From the NCBI GenBank assembly GCA_964188305.1, contig OZ076885.1: DNA of 64,000 nucleotides; one strand, written 5' to 3'. Made by a program: the position numbers and the translations under genes. Under the pieces are notes generated by a model. The model was given only the letters and a program-made list of their open reading frames with translations, searched no databases and had not been told where the DNA came from. Shown here piece by piece: positions 36,885 to 50,830 of the stretch (position 1 is the first letter of the stretch; each line of letters opens with the position of its first letter). The DNA is from Podarcis bocagei. Lineage: Eukaryota.

Positions 36885-37138
36885 AAATACAATACTTTGG
36901 CCACCTCATGAGAAGAGAGGACTCCCTGGAAAAGACCCTGATGCTGGGAAAGATGGAGGGCACAAGGAGAAGGGGACGACAGAGGGCGAGATGGTTGGAT
37001 GGTGTTCTTAAAGCTACTAGCATGAGTTTGACCAAACTGCGGGAGGCAGTGGAGGACAGAAGTGCCTGGCATGTCTGGTCCATGGGGTCACGAAGAGTCG
37101 GACACGACTAAACGACTAAACAATAACAACAACAACAA
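36885..37138 (+). mobile_element. RTE-BovB LINE 3' fragment
   Basis: YFGHLMRREDSLEKTLMLGKMEGTRRRGRQRARWLDG and the BovB 3' tail ending (aac)n. Confidence 0.9.
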
Positions 37139-38573
37139 ATACAAATACAGTGCTAAAAGGACACAAAACCCTAGAGAAATACCTTGAATGCTTTCATACA
37201 AAACTGTGAATGAGTTTGAGGGAGACCCTCGCCCATCATCCATCTCTGGTTGCCCTTCTCCTTCCTCCCACCATTCCATCCTTGCTCTCCAAAGATAACA
37301 TTACTTTGCTCATCCTTAAGGCTGATAAAATGAGGAAACACCTATCTGCCACCAACACACAGTGTACCTGAACCCATGGTTCTAGATTAGAAAGCAACAA
37401 AGCATGCTTTCCATGCTTCTCCTCAGCACAGCTAGCAAAACAAAAACAGATCTGTTCTAAGACTGGCATAACAGCAGCATGAGTTTCCATGTGCCTCTTT
37501 CTCTGCCTCCCTTTTGACTTAAACAGGCTGCAGCACTTAAGATAAAAAGGGGAAACACAATGAGCAGTCAGAAAGGCAGCATCTAGATATCCTTCCCTCC
37601 CACCCTTTGCTCTGCAATTCAAGTGCTCCTCCAGCTGCACACCAAAGGGATTTCTCCCACATTTAAGATTCAGAGATTATATTGTTATCCTGAGCTGCCG
37701 CCCACAAACTAAAAAACAGCAAATAATAGGAAACCAATTTTAATAACATTTTTATATGTCAAAAACAGAAGCAGTCAACTGGTGGCTCATCAGCTTTATC
37801 TGATCCCCAAGTAATTTTATCTGGTGCCTGATGTTCCTACTATACAGGGCTAGCAAAAAGCATTTTATGGCTTGAAGCAAAGGATCAAATAGTACTTCCT
37901 TTCTGCCCCATCCCCTGCCAAAACAACCTCACACACATTTTGGCCTGATAAAGCTGTTCCTAACAAGTTGATGCAGAATGTGAACTCTGGAAATCCACCA
38001 AAACCCATTTCCTTATTATTAAAATCTGATGTCTTTACTGAGCTGAGCTCCTGGCCCTAAAAACAGGCCAAAGTGTGCAAAAAAGGGATACTTGAACAAC
38101 CTAAGACTCTCCCCTGGTGGATCATAACACAACATCCAACTAGTCCTGTGCCAATCATGCAAAATGCGAGTGCAAATTACGTCCCACCCAGGCAGAAGCA
38201 GCCAAACTCCAAACTCCTGCTTCCCATCCTCCCACCCTATGGAGAGAGCCATGGTGGCTGCTTGAGTGGGTGTGCTCTGGCATCACTGTGTATACTGTGA
38301 TGCAGAAGGCTGTTCTGGATAAATACCCTGATATCACTGGATGCCTCTGTGTCTGTATGGCAAATGGGTACCATTGCTGACAGTCCCTGATTGGCAGCCT
38401 GTGGCAGAGATGAAGATGCACCTCTTTGCCCTGGCCTTTGAAGGAATATATATATGGACCGACCCTATTCTTATGGTTGTAAATTGTTTTAACTCATTTT
38501 AATATTATATTTTCATATTGCTGCAACCCCACCTTTGGACTTTATGGTGAAGTAAGGATTAGAAATCCTACTA

Positions 38574-38864
38574 CAGTGGTGCCTCGCAAGACGAAATTAA
38601 TCCGTTCCGCGAGTCTCTTCGTCTTGCGGTTTTTTCGTCTTGCGAAGCACGGCTATTAGCGGCTTAGCGGCTATTAGCGGCTATTAACGGCTTAGCGGCT
38701 ATTAATGGCTTAGCGGCTTTAAGAAAAAGGAAACAAACTCGCAAGAACTCGCAAGACGTTTCGTCTTGCGAAGCAAGCCCATAGGGAAATTCGTCTTGCG
38801 GAACGACTCAAAAAACGGAAAACTCTTTCGTCTTGCGAGGCATTCGTCTTGCAAGGTACCACTG
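38574..38864. mobile_element. Tigger/pogo-like MITE family A variant
   Basis: TA|CAGTGGTGCCTCGCAAGACG...CGTCTTGCAAGGTACCACTG|TA; internal ggctattagc repeats. Confidence 0.88.
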
Positions 38865-39574
38865 TATTGTGTTACTAATAATAATTCAATCAGACATGGG
38901 TGTCTGATTGTTCACCATTTTGTTAAGTGCATGTGTTTTAAAGTATTTCCCCCCTCCTATCTCAAGCTAAGCTGACATAGGATCTGGAAGGCTTGCTGCT
39001 AACATACAGGTAGTGCACCTGCGAAAAGTTCAGGATTCCTCAGCCCCAATACATAAAGATAATGTTCAGGAGCAAAAACCCATTCTGAGTTGAAGACAGC
39101 TATTTTTCAAAGGCTATGTTACAAATAATATTTATTTCATCTTGTTGCTTTATTTTTCCACTGAGATTACTGAATCATTACTGGATAGTTTATTGAAAGA
39201 AAATTCACAAATAAGAGTTTGAAAGATATTTTAACAGTGCAGTTCTAAACATATGTACTGAAAAGTAAGTGCCACTCATTCAAAAAGGCTTCCTTCCAAG
39301 TAGATGAACACAGCCTAAGCACTTAAAATGGATTAAAACATAAACTGATCGTCTTCACTCATTTTTACAGGCTTCACCCTTTGCATGAAATATGCTTTCT
39401 ATCTGGGCCATGCACCCAAAATTTTGACCAATAAAATTATAAAACAACAGGCATTGCCCCATCTAATTTCTATTTCTTTTCACAGGATTCAGGAAATGCA
39501 GCAGAAATAATGTCTCACTGGACTCAAATACCATGTTGGTGCATTGCCGCTTCTCTGTGGTTCATATATCTAAT

Positions 39575-39900
39575 AAATTTGTTCCACGGTCAAACAGCTC
39601 TTATTGTTAGAAAGTTCTTCCTAATGTTTAGTCTGAATCTCCTTTCTTATAACTTGAAGCCATTGGTTCGGGTCCTACCCTCCAGAGAAGCAGAAAACAA
39701 TCTTACTCCATCTTCCATGTGACAGCGCTTGAGATGTTGGAAGATGGCTCTTATTTCTCCTCTCAGTCTCCTCTTTTTCAGGCTAAACATACCCAGTTCC
39801 TTCCACTATTCCTCATAAGGCTTGGTTTCCAGACCCTTTACCATCTTGGTCACCCTCTTCTGCACACATTCCAGCATGTCAATATCCTTCTTAAAATGTC
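39575..39900 (-). mobile_element. CR1 LINE ORF2 3' fragment
   Basis: HFKKDIDMLECVQKRVTKMVKGLETKPYEE and further CR1-like sequence on the minus strand. Confidence 0.85.
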
Positions 39901-40984
39901 TTTTTTTATTTCTGTCCTCCCAGATTGACAAAACTTGTCTCAATGTAATATTGAGGGGAGAGAATATAAAAGCATATGTCCTCAATATGCATTTGTCATC
40001 TTCCACGCCATGACTTTCACTCAGCCAAACACTATGCCGGTATTGAAACGTGGCTTCTGATCTAACTTGTTTGGACGAACCAAAATTTACAAATGGCAGC
40101 ATCTAACAAGTGAGCAACCCTGCCCACCTGTAAAAATTGGCATGGCAGGGATGGGGAAATAAGAATCTGGTCTGCACCTGAAAAGTTTCTCCACCCAATG
40201 TAAATACTCACCTGGCATCCATAGGCAACACAGAACTCTGTGCAGAGTAAGCAGGCTGCCAGCAGGGCAATGGGTCACTCCATCTCTCCTCTGTGTTCAT
40301 TATAGAACTGAATAAATGTTAGCTAAAGTATGGTGTACTTTGAATGATACACACCAATCAAGTTTTGCATTTGTCTCTTATGTAAATGAAGCAATCACTT
40401 CTTGCTGTATTGTTGCAGTAAAAAAGCAAGGAATTTTGAGTTTTCAAAGGTTCTCCACCCCACTCCCCCCACCAACTGTAAGTATGTTTACATCTTACTA
40501 GGTCTGAACTTTCAAACTTCATTTCATGCTTAATTTTTTTTCTTTGAGAAAGGAAGAAAAGGCAGAAGCTACAATCACCAAACAGGAAGTACCTTACATC
40601 CCTCTAGAATCTCCAGCCTGCAGATGACCTTCTGCAGGCAACAGATAATAAGCAATGTATTATATTTTAACAGCTTATGAATAAACGGATATTGTATTTC
40701 CTTAAATGATAAAAATAGGAAAGGAAGAAGGTGACGAAGTAAGAGACTTGGATATCTCAAAACATTTAAAAGGATTCAGGCCACATTCACACCATGACAC
40801 ACTTCTCCTCCAAAGAATTATGGGAGTTGGGTTTTGTTAAGGGTGATGAGAGTTGTTAGGAAGCCAATTATACCTCCCAGAGCTATAATTTCCAGAGTGG
40901 CTTTAACGATCAATCCTTCTTCACAGGGAACTCTGGAAAGTGTAACTCTGTGAGGGAAATAGGGACCTCCTAACAACTTAGTGT

Positions 40985-41334
40985 GGGACGCGGGTGGCAC
41001 TGTGGTCTAAACCACTGAGCTTTGGGCCTGCTGATCAGAAGGTCGGCAGTTCAAATCCCCACATTGGGGTGAGCTCCCGTTGCTTAGTCCCAGCTCCTGC
41101 CAACCTAGCACTTCAAAAGCATGTCAAAGTGCAAGTAGATAAATAGGTACCCCTCCGGCGGGAAGGTAAATGGTATTTCCGTGCGCTGCTCTGGTTCGCC
41201 ATGCTGGCCACATGACCCGGAAAAACTGTCTGCGGACAAACGTCGGCTCCCTCAGCCAGTAAAGCAAGATGAGCGCCGCAACCTCAGAGTCGTTCGCGAC
41301 TGGACTTAACAGTCAGGGGGCCTTTACCTTTACC
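40985..41334 (+). mobile_element. Sauria SINE, apparently inserted in an older inverted-repeat element (about 40779-41438)
   Basis: Same head, core and acctttacc tail as 18749; flanks ggccacattcacac / gtgtgaatgtggct are inverted repeats. Confidence 0.85.
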
Positions 41335-44300
41335 AATTTAGAAAGAAACTTGTTCTCAAAGTTCCCAAAATCTGTGGTGGAAGCCGTGTTAAGTTGTATC
41401 ATAGCACTTTAAATGTACAGTATAGTGTGAATGTGGCTGCATGGTTCCTTGCTTGTCAGAGAAGAGAAATGGGCCTGACAAGCAGACTTGCTAAGTCTCA
41501 CCTATATTTGATGCAACTCAGTATCCCACACTGGTACAGACATTGGGCTACAACCACAAACGTCTCAAAACCAGAAACTCCAGAGTTTGTTCTAACAACA
41601 AAAATAGAATCCCGTGGCACCTTAAAGACTAAAGAAGTCTTGTGGCAGAGCCCTGTTCATCAAATGAATCCTCCAAACGTGACACAAAATTCTTTACAGT
41701 CAAATCTGGAGCCACCTCTTTCTGATCACAGCACTTAGTCAGGAGCACAAACCATAGTGCAGGAGACAGAATGGTGGTACAGTTTGTTTGCAATGACAAA
41801 AGCATGTAGACTATCATTCCAAAAACACTTAGCAAACAATGAAAATAACCTGCCAGGTACATGCGCAAGGAGTGTATCAGCTGGTTCTTGTATTATGAAT
41901 ACAAAGCAAAAACCATTCAAGTTGTTTGAAGAGAAATGGCACAAGTAAAACTTTAGATGTCAAGGCTAGACTGATTTTTCCACAAATAGGCCATAATTTT
42001 AAACTCATACATATTTTGTAAGTGCATCCAACCTTGCCTAGAAACCAATGATGATCCAGACAAATGCATAATTCCCTGAAGGCGACTATTCCAGAATTTG
42101 ACATCTTTAAGAGCACATTCATATGCCCTAGATACAACAGCTGGGTAGCTTTAGGGTTTACTAAAGTCCTCCTACACTGCCATACTATGAGATACATCTG
42201 CCAGTCCCAGCCCTGATGTTCTGTCATGAGAATCAAGTATATCCTTACCACAAAGTGGTAGTGTGGGTATGCCAGAGGGAAGAGCAGATTTACAACAAAT
42301 CCCATGCTCTTGTAGACCTCACTCCCAACACCTGTACTGCAACAGAAGAGGTGATGCACCTTAAATTTCAAACTCCATGTATGCCAGGATCCCTGTTGCC
42401 TCCAACCCATAGAGTGGTGATGGTGGTTGTTAATTGAATTTATATACACTCTGGAGGTCTCAGAGCAGCTCACAGAACAAAATCAGAACACAAAACACAT
42501 ACCGTAATCAAAATAAAAACAAGTGGTTGCTACTATGCAAGGTACACTCTGTGCAGCAGATTGTGGTGCAGAGTAGTGATATCATGGTGCTGTTTCTGCA
42601 TCAGCAGGCATTAGATTGGCTCCTTTCACACCTGGCTGACACGGGGATATCCCTGGCATGCCAATCTGTGATTGGTGGGAGTTGACAGTGTTTCCATGGG
42701 CACACCAGGTGTGGGGATCAGGGTTGTTCTGCTGTTTTTTTGTGCTGATAGTGCACAGAATCCTGATTAAGTTATATTGGCATACATTGACGGTCAGATT
42801 GCCACAATTATAGGATTGTCAGGTAATAGTGAGAAATCTTCGCAACCTAATGCCTTCTATACCCTGCTTTCTTCAAGATAATTATCTACAGACTCAGAAA
42901 ATCACAACAGAAGGCATCCAGTATGAAGCCTAGTGCTGCAATTAGAAAAGAAAAAAGGAAGGAGACATACAAATTATCCACCTATAAATAAATAAGAAAT
43001 TCAGGATGATTCTGTGCAAAATCAGTACAGCTAAAATAACTTGCATTGCCTTCTGCTGTAAGAAAAGAAGTAAGACCAGAACGCAGGCAACAGCATAGGT
43101 TTTTACATAAATTGCCATTCTGCAGTTTGTGTTTGAACTGCCTAGCATTCATATATTTCACCAAGTGATCTTACAGTGATCCAAAGGAATAATCACAGAT
43201 CCACAAAAACAGGCATCCAAGGTACAGATTCGAATAGATCTTCATGGTATTTACATGGGATGCCAACCAAACCGCCATCAAATCACAGAACAGGGCTGTG
43301 GGCACAGCTGAACAGTTGCAAAAAGAGGGCTGCTGAAGGGCTGAGTAGAGGCCAATGGGCCCAAGGTTTCACCAGCCCTGCTTTAGATGGTGCACAAAAC
43401 AAAGCTCCATGCCTGTAATCTAATGACTGAAAATACAGTAGCAACAGATAGAAATACTATATCTAGTCAGATATGACCACAGTACATTTTAATTATTCAA
43501 TAACCAGTTTTCTGTTGCTCTTGAAAGTAGTGCAAATGAAAAACCTCACTATAAATTATCTTTGGTTGATCATTTATTTGCCAAGTTTGATTAAAAAGGC
43601 AGGATTCAGTAATTTAGATCCACCTGCCCTGCAAAATGGTGTTGCCATCAGCATTTGCCAAACATAATAATGCCTTAAAGCAACACGTGTCTTTTGTACT
43701 AGTAAGAGGTCATTTGAAAATCAATTGTGCATTCAATTACTTTTCTGTTCTATTTTGAACAGCGTTACTTGTTTCATAATCGTAATGGTTTTATCTGTTT
43801 GTATATTTTTTATAATTGTATATTCTACTGTAACCTGCCCTGGGACCTTATGGTGAAGGACAGGTAAGAAATTATTACAAATAAATAAATACTCACTAGT
43901 AGCTATTTACCACCATGAATTTGAGCTAAGACTCAATTGTTTGCTCAATTTATATCAAATGAAATGGGAGGGGAGAGAGTGGCACCATGCAGCAAAACAG
44001 GACTACAACACCCATGCCTATCTTAGGCTAAAGTCCTAACCCACTTAGCTGAGAATATGCTCCAATGATTTTAGTAGGACTTAGTTCTGAACAGACATGG
44101 TTAGGAGTGAACTGTTAGTAATGAAAAATAAATCCTAAATTTGTGCAAATTCATTTTCAACCCCATGAACTATACTGCAAAATATGGCATTCCTGGATTA
44201 CATTTAAAAGTATAACACTTAAAATATATTTATTTTATTAGTTTGCAGCATTAAGAACATAATACACACATAAAATATCCCCCAATGCAGAAGATTAAAT

Positions 44301-44959
44301 TTAGATAATATATCCAAAATAATTTTCAAGTAATTAGTTCAAGTAATAGTTCCTATCCCTGACAACCATTTCTATTGAATGACGTACAAGCAGGTCTTCC
44401 TATCCGAACACAAGGTGTTTTCAGGAAATTGTTTGTTAGGCAAGCATTTGCACATGGAGCCTGATGATTTCCATTGATTCCTATGGGAAGATTTCTAATG
44501 AGTTCCTGACCACATATGTTTTATCCCAAACTGATGAAAAAACAAGGAAAATCCTCTGAAACCTTGCAAAAGGAAACAAGGGGGGTGGGGAATGCTTTCT
44601 TATTTGTCTGATCTCCCTATTCCACCTGCCATGGTTTCTGGCCAAATGGCTGTTGCTGACCAGTAACACAAAAGAGCAAGGCTTCTTTAAAGCTGCTTAT
44701 TTGTTTACAGTACTGCACGCAGGTCCAGCTGTTTGGATATCTGAATGTGCAGTGTGTACAGTGAGGATTGGGTACTATTTCCTCATGTTTGGATAAGTCC
44801 TTTTTTTGTATAACAAGTGTTTGAATAGAGGGACCGATCTTCTCATTGTACTATGCAGGTGTACTCCTCCCAGCAGTCATTCCTCCTCTGGTCACTACTG
44901 TGAGTACCCAACCTGACTGATTGACTCCAATGCTGTAGTTCTCGTCGTAGGGTTAACGT

Positions 44960-46230
44960 CGCCTGGCTCCGACCTCATCAGCCGAAAAGCACTCTTCACG
45001 CTGCTCAATAAGAAAGGATGCCCACCTAAGCGCCACAAGATTATGGTGTCCTTCCACGAGATGCACGGCACCGCCCAGTATGATGACTCAGTACTGTATG
45101 ATGCTCAGATGCTTTCCCGATAAAGAATGGTGTGAAGCAGGGCTGTGATCTTGCCCAAACTCTCTTTAGCATATTCTTCTCCCTGGTGCTCTCACATGCC
45201 TTCAACTCAACTTAAGGCGGTGTGTACATCCATTCAAGGAGTGACAGGGGTCTGTCCAAACTGGCATATCTCCACACCAAGACAGAAGTGTCTTATCCGA
45301 GAGATGTTGTTTGCAGATGACGTGGCCTTGACAGTGCACTGCAAGGAAGCTCTACGGTGTCTCAGAAACTATTCTGCACAATCCTGCATGGAGTTCAGCG
45401 TTACCAACATCCTCAGTCAGGATGTCGCCAGCATGCCATGCATCAGCACTAGTGACCACATGCTTGAGATGGTAGATGATTTTGTCTACCTGAGCTCCAC
45501 CATAACCAGCAACCTCTCCATCGACACTGAGCTGGACAAGCATACTGGCAAGGCAGCTACAGCAATGGCTTGCTTCTCCAAAAGGGTCTGGGAGAGGGTG
45601 ACATTAACGACCAATGCAAAAATAAAGATCTACCAGGCTTGCATGTCGAACACACTGCTTTATGGTACTAAGACTAGTAATGACACCTCAATGCCTTCCA
45701 CATGTGCTGTGTCAGGAAGATTTTGGGCATGACATGACAGGACAGAGTGTCAAACAAAGACATGCTCTCCCAAGCCCACATTCCCAGCATGTTTGCACTC
45801 CTGTGTCAGCAACGCCTACACTGACTTGGTCATGTCCCAGAATGGAAGAGGGCATGATCCCCAAGGTCATGCTCTATGGGGTGCTGGCTTCAGACACCAG
45901 ACCCGGTGGCAGACCAGCTCTATGTTACAAAGATGTCTGCAAACATGACATGAAGGCTGGCAACATTAACCCTGCCGTGTGGGATGCCCTTGCAGATGAC
46001 CACAAGCACCTGGCGACAATCAGTCAGGTTGTGTATCCACACCAGAGGACAGAGGAGGAATGACCGCTGGCAGGAGCACAGAAAGAAGAAATGCCATGGT
46101 GCATCTGAACCAGGTGCCTTCATCTGACCCAGCTGCAACCAAACATGTCTCTCTCGTATCACTCTGTACAGCCACAGCTCTCCAACAGTTCAACTTTACA
46201 TCTGAAGGCGCACAATGTTGCATTTGCAGA
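44960..46230 (+). mobile_element. RTE-clade LINE fragment (not BovB), frameshifted
   Basis: GVKQGC, LFADDVAL, VDDFVYLSSTITSNLSIDTELDK..GKAATAM, LLYG, PKVMLYG.L...RP.GRP.L.YKDVCK.DMK. Confidence 0.85.
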
Positions 46231-46561
46231 CATCTTTTTAACACATCAAAGCAAGCATGTACATCATCAATAGAAGGGCCCCAACATCCCAAAAAAAGCA
46301 CTTGAGAAAATGAGGCTACACTCCTTTGCCTATTTTTCTGCAAGAAAGTACCAATGAATGTAACTGGCTGCATTTCTAAACAAACATGCAGAGGATTAAA
46401 TTGAACTGGACCTACAACGCTAACCCTGCAAACCATGGTTATGAACACAAGCTGTGAACATCCATTAGGTTTTGTAATGTAACTTTTGGTGATGAGGGTT
46501 CAAACTGTTTACTATGTGCTTTCCGTGATGCTAGCTGCTTTCTGTCTCAGCAACATTTATG

Positions 46562-46990
46562 CTGGTTTGGTCCACAGAATGGAAAGTGGCAAGCTCCCCA
46601 AGGACGTGTTCTACAGAGAGCTGGCTTCAAGCTCCAGCCCCAATGGCAGACTAACTCTGTGTTACAAAGATGTCAAAAAACGTGATATAAAGGCTGGCAG
46701 CATTAACCCTGCCATGTGGGAAACACTTGCAGATGACCACAAGCACCTGAGACAATCAGTCAGGTTGTGTATCCACACCACAGACCAGAGGAAGAACGAC
46801 CACTGGCAGGAGGGCAGAGAGAAGAAACACCATGGCACACCTGCATCAACACAACTAGACACCTTCATCTGTCCCAGCTGCAACAAAACATGTCTCTCCC
46901 ATATCAGACTGCATAGCCACAGCTCTCCAACAGTTTGACTTCACCCCTGAAGGTGCAGTCTTCCACTGCTTCCCAAGATAGACAAATGCC
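46562..46990 (+). mobile_element. Second RTE 3' fragment of the same family
   Basis: RMESGKLPKDVFYRELAS...YKDVKKRDIKAG...FICPSCNKTCLSHIRLHSH (ORF 46486..46938). Confidence 0.8.
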
Positions 46991-47049
46991 AACCAGGGAA
47001 GAAGAAAAAAACAGGTGCTTTGAGTACATCTATGTGGTGGGAAAATGGA

Positions 47050-48030
47050 ATACAATATATTTATTTATTAAAAAAATTATATACTGCTATCTCATAAAGA
47101 TAAATCACAACAGTTTGCAACAATATAACAAAACCAAACAATAATATTATAAAAAAGTTAAAAACATGTTAAAAGCAAACATAAATTAAAACAAAGATCA
47201 ATAGACCACAGCGGGGGGTGTACTCTTAATTGCCTGCATAGGCCTGGTGGAATAGGAAGGGTTTTAGCAGGCGCTTAGAAGTTGGTACAGAATCATAGAA
47301 CTGTAGAGTTGGAAGGGTCCCCAAGGGTCATCTAGTCCAACCACCTGCAATGCAGAAAGGCTCCCGCTAAATCTCTATTGGCAGGGTGCTCCACAGGAGT
47401 GGACCTATTACATTAAAGGTTTAGTTTTTCACTGTTGTCATATCAGCCTCACAAACTCAAAGAACGCACAAATATACTCCAGCAGATAATCTCGGTGTTC
47501 GAGCTAGAATAGAAGGGTTCAGGTGAACCTTGATGTATCCTGGATCAAAGTTGCTTAGGGCTTTGAAAATCAATAAAATAATGGTGAACCTGGCTCAGCA
47601 GCGGATAGGCAGCCAGTGTAGCTGTTTTAATAATGGTGTCTTATATTCTCAACCAGAAACTCCCATCAGTATTCTTGTCACAGCATTCTGCACAAGTTGT
47701 TGCTTCCTAACCAGACCCAAGGGTAGCCCCACATAGAGTGCATTGTAGTAATCCATCCCCAAAGTGAATGGAACAGTGGTCAGGTTATCCCTGCCCAGGA
47801 ATGGATGTAGTTGGCGAACCAGATGAAACTGCTAAAAGGCACATGTAGCTACAGAGGCCGCTGGTGACAAAGATGTATCCCAGAGTACACCCAAATTACA
47901 CAGACTGCTCTGAAGAGATTGCTCCTTCAGAAAGAGTGCAGCTCCCATCCAGAACAGGCAATTTGCCAATTTCCCAGACATGGGAACCACCCACCCAAAG
48001 GGCCTCCATCGTCCCAGGATTCAAACTCCC
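47050..48030 (-). mobile_element. Degraded L2-type LINE with a short CR1 3'-end fragment inside (about 47288-47355)
   Basis: Reverse complement of DYYNALYVGLPL..LQLVQNA..LKQLHWLPI type sequence; agaatcatagaactgtagagttggaaggg. Confidence 0.6.
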
Positions 48031-49689
48031 TCTCCCCACCTCATCTCTTGCCAGGCTTTGCCTGCAACATATCACGACACTGGCTCCTATAACCAACTTC
48101 TCCTTAGAACTGGCCTGACTCAGTAAATGCAGCACTGAACCATGGATTATTATTTATGAGTCATTTTTCTTTTAATTGAAATACTAAAATGATGTATAAT
48201 TAAAACAACATAAACAAATTTGGAAAATTATTGAGAATGTGATATAAAAGTAAAATGATTGTGTTTGTAATTTGAAAAAACAGCAACAAAAACAACAATT
48301 CATTACTTGACCATAACCAAGTAATTACTTTGCACCCTTAGATTCACAAGTGTAAAATGGGAATTAAAGTGATCTATTTTAGACTAGAGGGCTACTGTAT
48401 GGATGAAGAAACATGGAGAATGGAGAGCAACACAGAGTAAGTGACACAGAGATCATTAAACAAAGAAAGGTTGCTTAACTTAGATCTACCTGAAAATCAA
48501 GGAAATTATTGGAAAGTAAGAGATTCTAAATACAAATGGATTGCCAGAGTAATATTTTCAACATCCCAACTTCAGTTACATTTTGACCTCACTGAGCATT
48601 CAAAAATACAGTTTCTCGTTCTCACACCCAAGTAGCATTCATCTCACATTTAAAATTATGACACTTTGTGTCGTTCTGAGCTTCAAAGAACTGAAAGTAT
48701 TCTGTTACCCTGAAATATTTCAAAACAATTACAGACTCAGAAAAACTCTAATATAAGCATCCCATACATGCTGCTGACTAAAGAAACAGTCATTGTCCCC
48801 AGCTTGTTGTTGGCTTTTATTAAATTTTATTATTTGTTTTTAGTCACCCTGAATGGCACAAAGAAGGGTGGAATATAAATATTATAAATAAATAAATAAA
48901 CAAGACATTTATATTAATTTTGCACTCTACCAGTATCCCCAAAATCTTTAACCCTTGGATTTACTTATTTCATAATAAACAGAAACACATAAATACATTC
49001 CTGTTGTCCTACTATTCCTCAAGAAAACAAGCAAAGAAATGCCCTATGAGAATTTCTACAAAATACATGTATTTCAATTCATAATTCGTATTTCCCAATT
49101 TCTGAGCTGTAGCTGTAGTTGCCCCTCTCTTGTTGCTTTTTGTGTATACATTAAGAGTCCTTGTTTCTGCTAATGCGAAAGCCGGAATCACTCTTAATAA
49201 AGGCCATAATGTTTTGAGAAGGTTTTTTCTATCTGTAACCGTCTCACTGTATTTACAGGCACTCACGTTTTCTATGGAAAGCAGGGGAATTCTCCCTATT
49301 TGTAACTCTCTTTCCTCAAAGCAAAATATTTATTGGCATCAGTAGTAGGTGCACTGTAGAGTTTATCTGAATCTATCCTCAGGAAAGTGAACTAAACCCA
49401 TGTTTCTATTTTAATCCTATTTTAAACAAAGTTAAAGTAATTTTAACACTGAATACTTTAAGCTCATTTTGATCTTTTTCGCAGCTGAACCAAGACATTT
49501 AATCTGACCAACTGTTACTCTTTTATAATCCATATTGCAAACATGCTGCTGACTAAAGCAATAGTCACCGAGCGCCCAACTTGAATCAGCTATTCTGTAT
49601 AGATTTCTAGAATCAGCTGCGATTCAGCTTCTTACATGTTCACTAGGGAGGAGAAAAGGATCCCCGTGTAAACAGGTAGGGAAGAAGGA

Positions 49690-50830
49690 GAGCAGGTGCG
49701 CAGAAGCAAAGAGCCAGCTGCCTCCCGGGGGGTCCCAAGGAGACGCTCCGGAGTCAAACCGGAGACGCTCCGAGTGGAAAAGGCCAACGAGGCCCGTCCG
49801 ACTCTCCCCGCGCCCCCCTCGCGCCTTCCCCTGAGGTGCTGGCTTTCTGCTTGCAGGGACCCCCGGGTAGCTTGGGCGATTAAAAGCGGCCCCTCCATCC
49901 TTCCCTGCTGCTGCTGCTTCTCCTCCTCCGCCTGAGTCCTCCCCGGCCGCCGTCACGTGTGGACGCGGCCGCTTCCTCGGCGCGTGGAGGAAGAGCGAGC
50001 GCCGCGCAGGCCCGGCCAGCGGGGCGGGCGAGGGGCTTTGCCGCCCCAGCCTTCGCCTGGCTGCCTCCCCGCCGGAGGACGGCGCGCCCGGGAGACGCGC
50101 GGCGGACCTTGGACAGCAGCAGAAGAGGCGGAGGAGGAGGCGGAGGAGGCTCCCTGGCGACCCCGCTCCCTCAGGCGCTGCACCTGCCTCCGCCGCGCGG
50201 CTCCCCCTCGGCCTGGGACGAGGCCCGGCAGAGGCGGGAGGAGAGGTGGCCTACCTCGCAGGGCGCCCGGCGGAGGCGACCACCAAGACGCTTCCCCGCC
50301 GCCGCCGCCGGATCCGCGCAGCCTCCCGCCTCTGCCCCTCGCCGCCGCGCCGGCCCAGTCAGTCAGTCAGTCAGTCAGTCAGCCGAGGGCGGGCGCGCTC
50401 TCGCTCCTCGCTCGCTCTTTCCGTGGCCGCGCCCGGCGCCAGCCCCGCGGGACGACGCTGCGACGGGCGGCCCTGTGTCGCGCGGGAGGAGCGAGGGGCG
50501 GAGCCCAGGGGAAAGGACCGCCCAGCAGGCGCGGCTGAGGCGCGCATGCGTGGCTGGGGGGGTGCGCGTCCTCTGCTCTTTGCCTCCCTCCCCCTCCCCC
50601 CCTCTGGACCCCGCGCGCGAGGCTCTCCGTGGGCGGGAAAAGCGGGAGGCCCCGTGGGAGGGGGGAGGGGGCAGCCGCTGCTCTGGCTCGCCTCAGAAGA
50701 GTCCCCTGCTCCCTGTAATCGAGGATGATCCCGCAGGGATCCGCCTCCGGCCGTCTCTTAGTCCCCCCGCGATCCCAGGAGCGCGACGTGGAAGTGTGTG
50801 GACACCCGCAAAGGTCAGGGATGCTTCTCA
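49690..50830 (-). promoter_or_regulatory. ADARB1: CpG island; probable ADARB1 promoter and first non-coding exon
   Basis: The only extended very GC/CpG-rich block, upstream of the first coding exon. Contains GGGCGG boxes, an NRF1-like GCGCATGCG at 50542-50550, and a candidate minus-strand donor GAG|gtaggc at 50255/50254. Confidence 0.8.
50356..50382. repeat. (CAGT)n microsatellite in the CpG island / putative exon 1
   Basis: Six full CAGT units plus CAG. Confidence 0.95.

Noticed and set aside
40590-40635. Another possible 5'UTR exon (cctgcag|AAGG...GAT|gtaagg)
   Set aside because: Splice-like signals only, weaker than the 33641 candidate, with no independent support.
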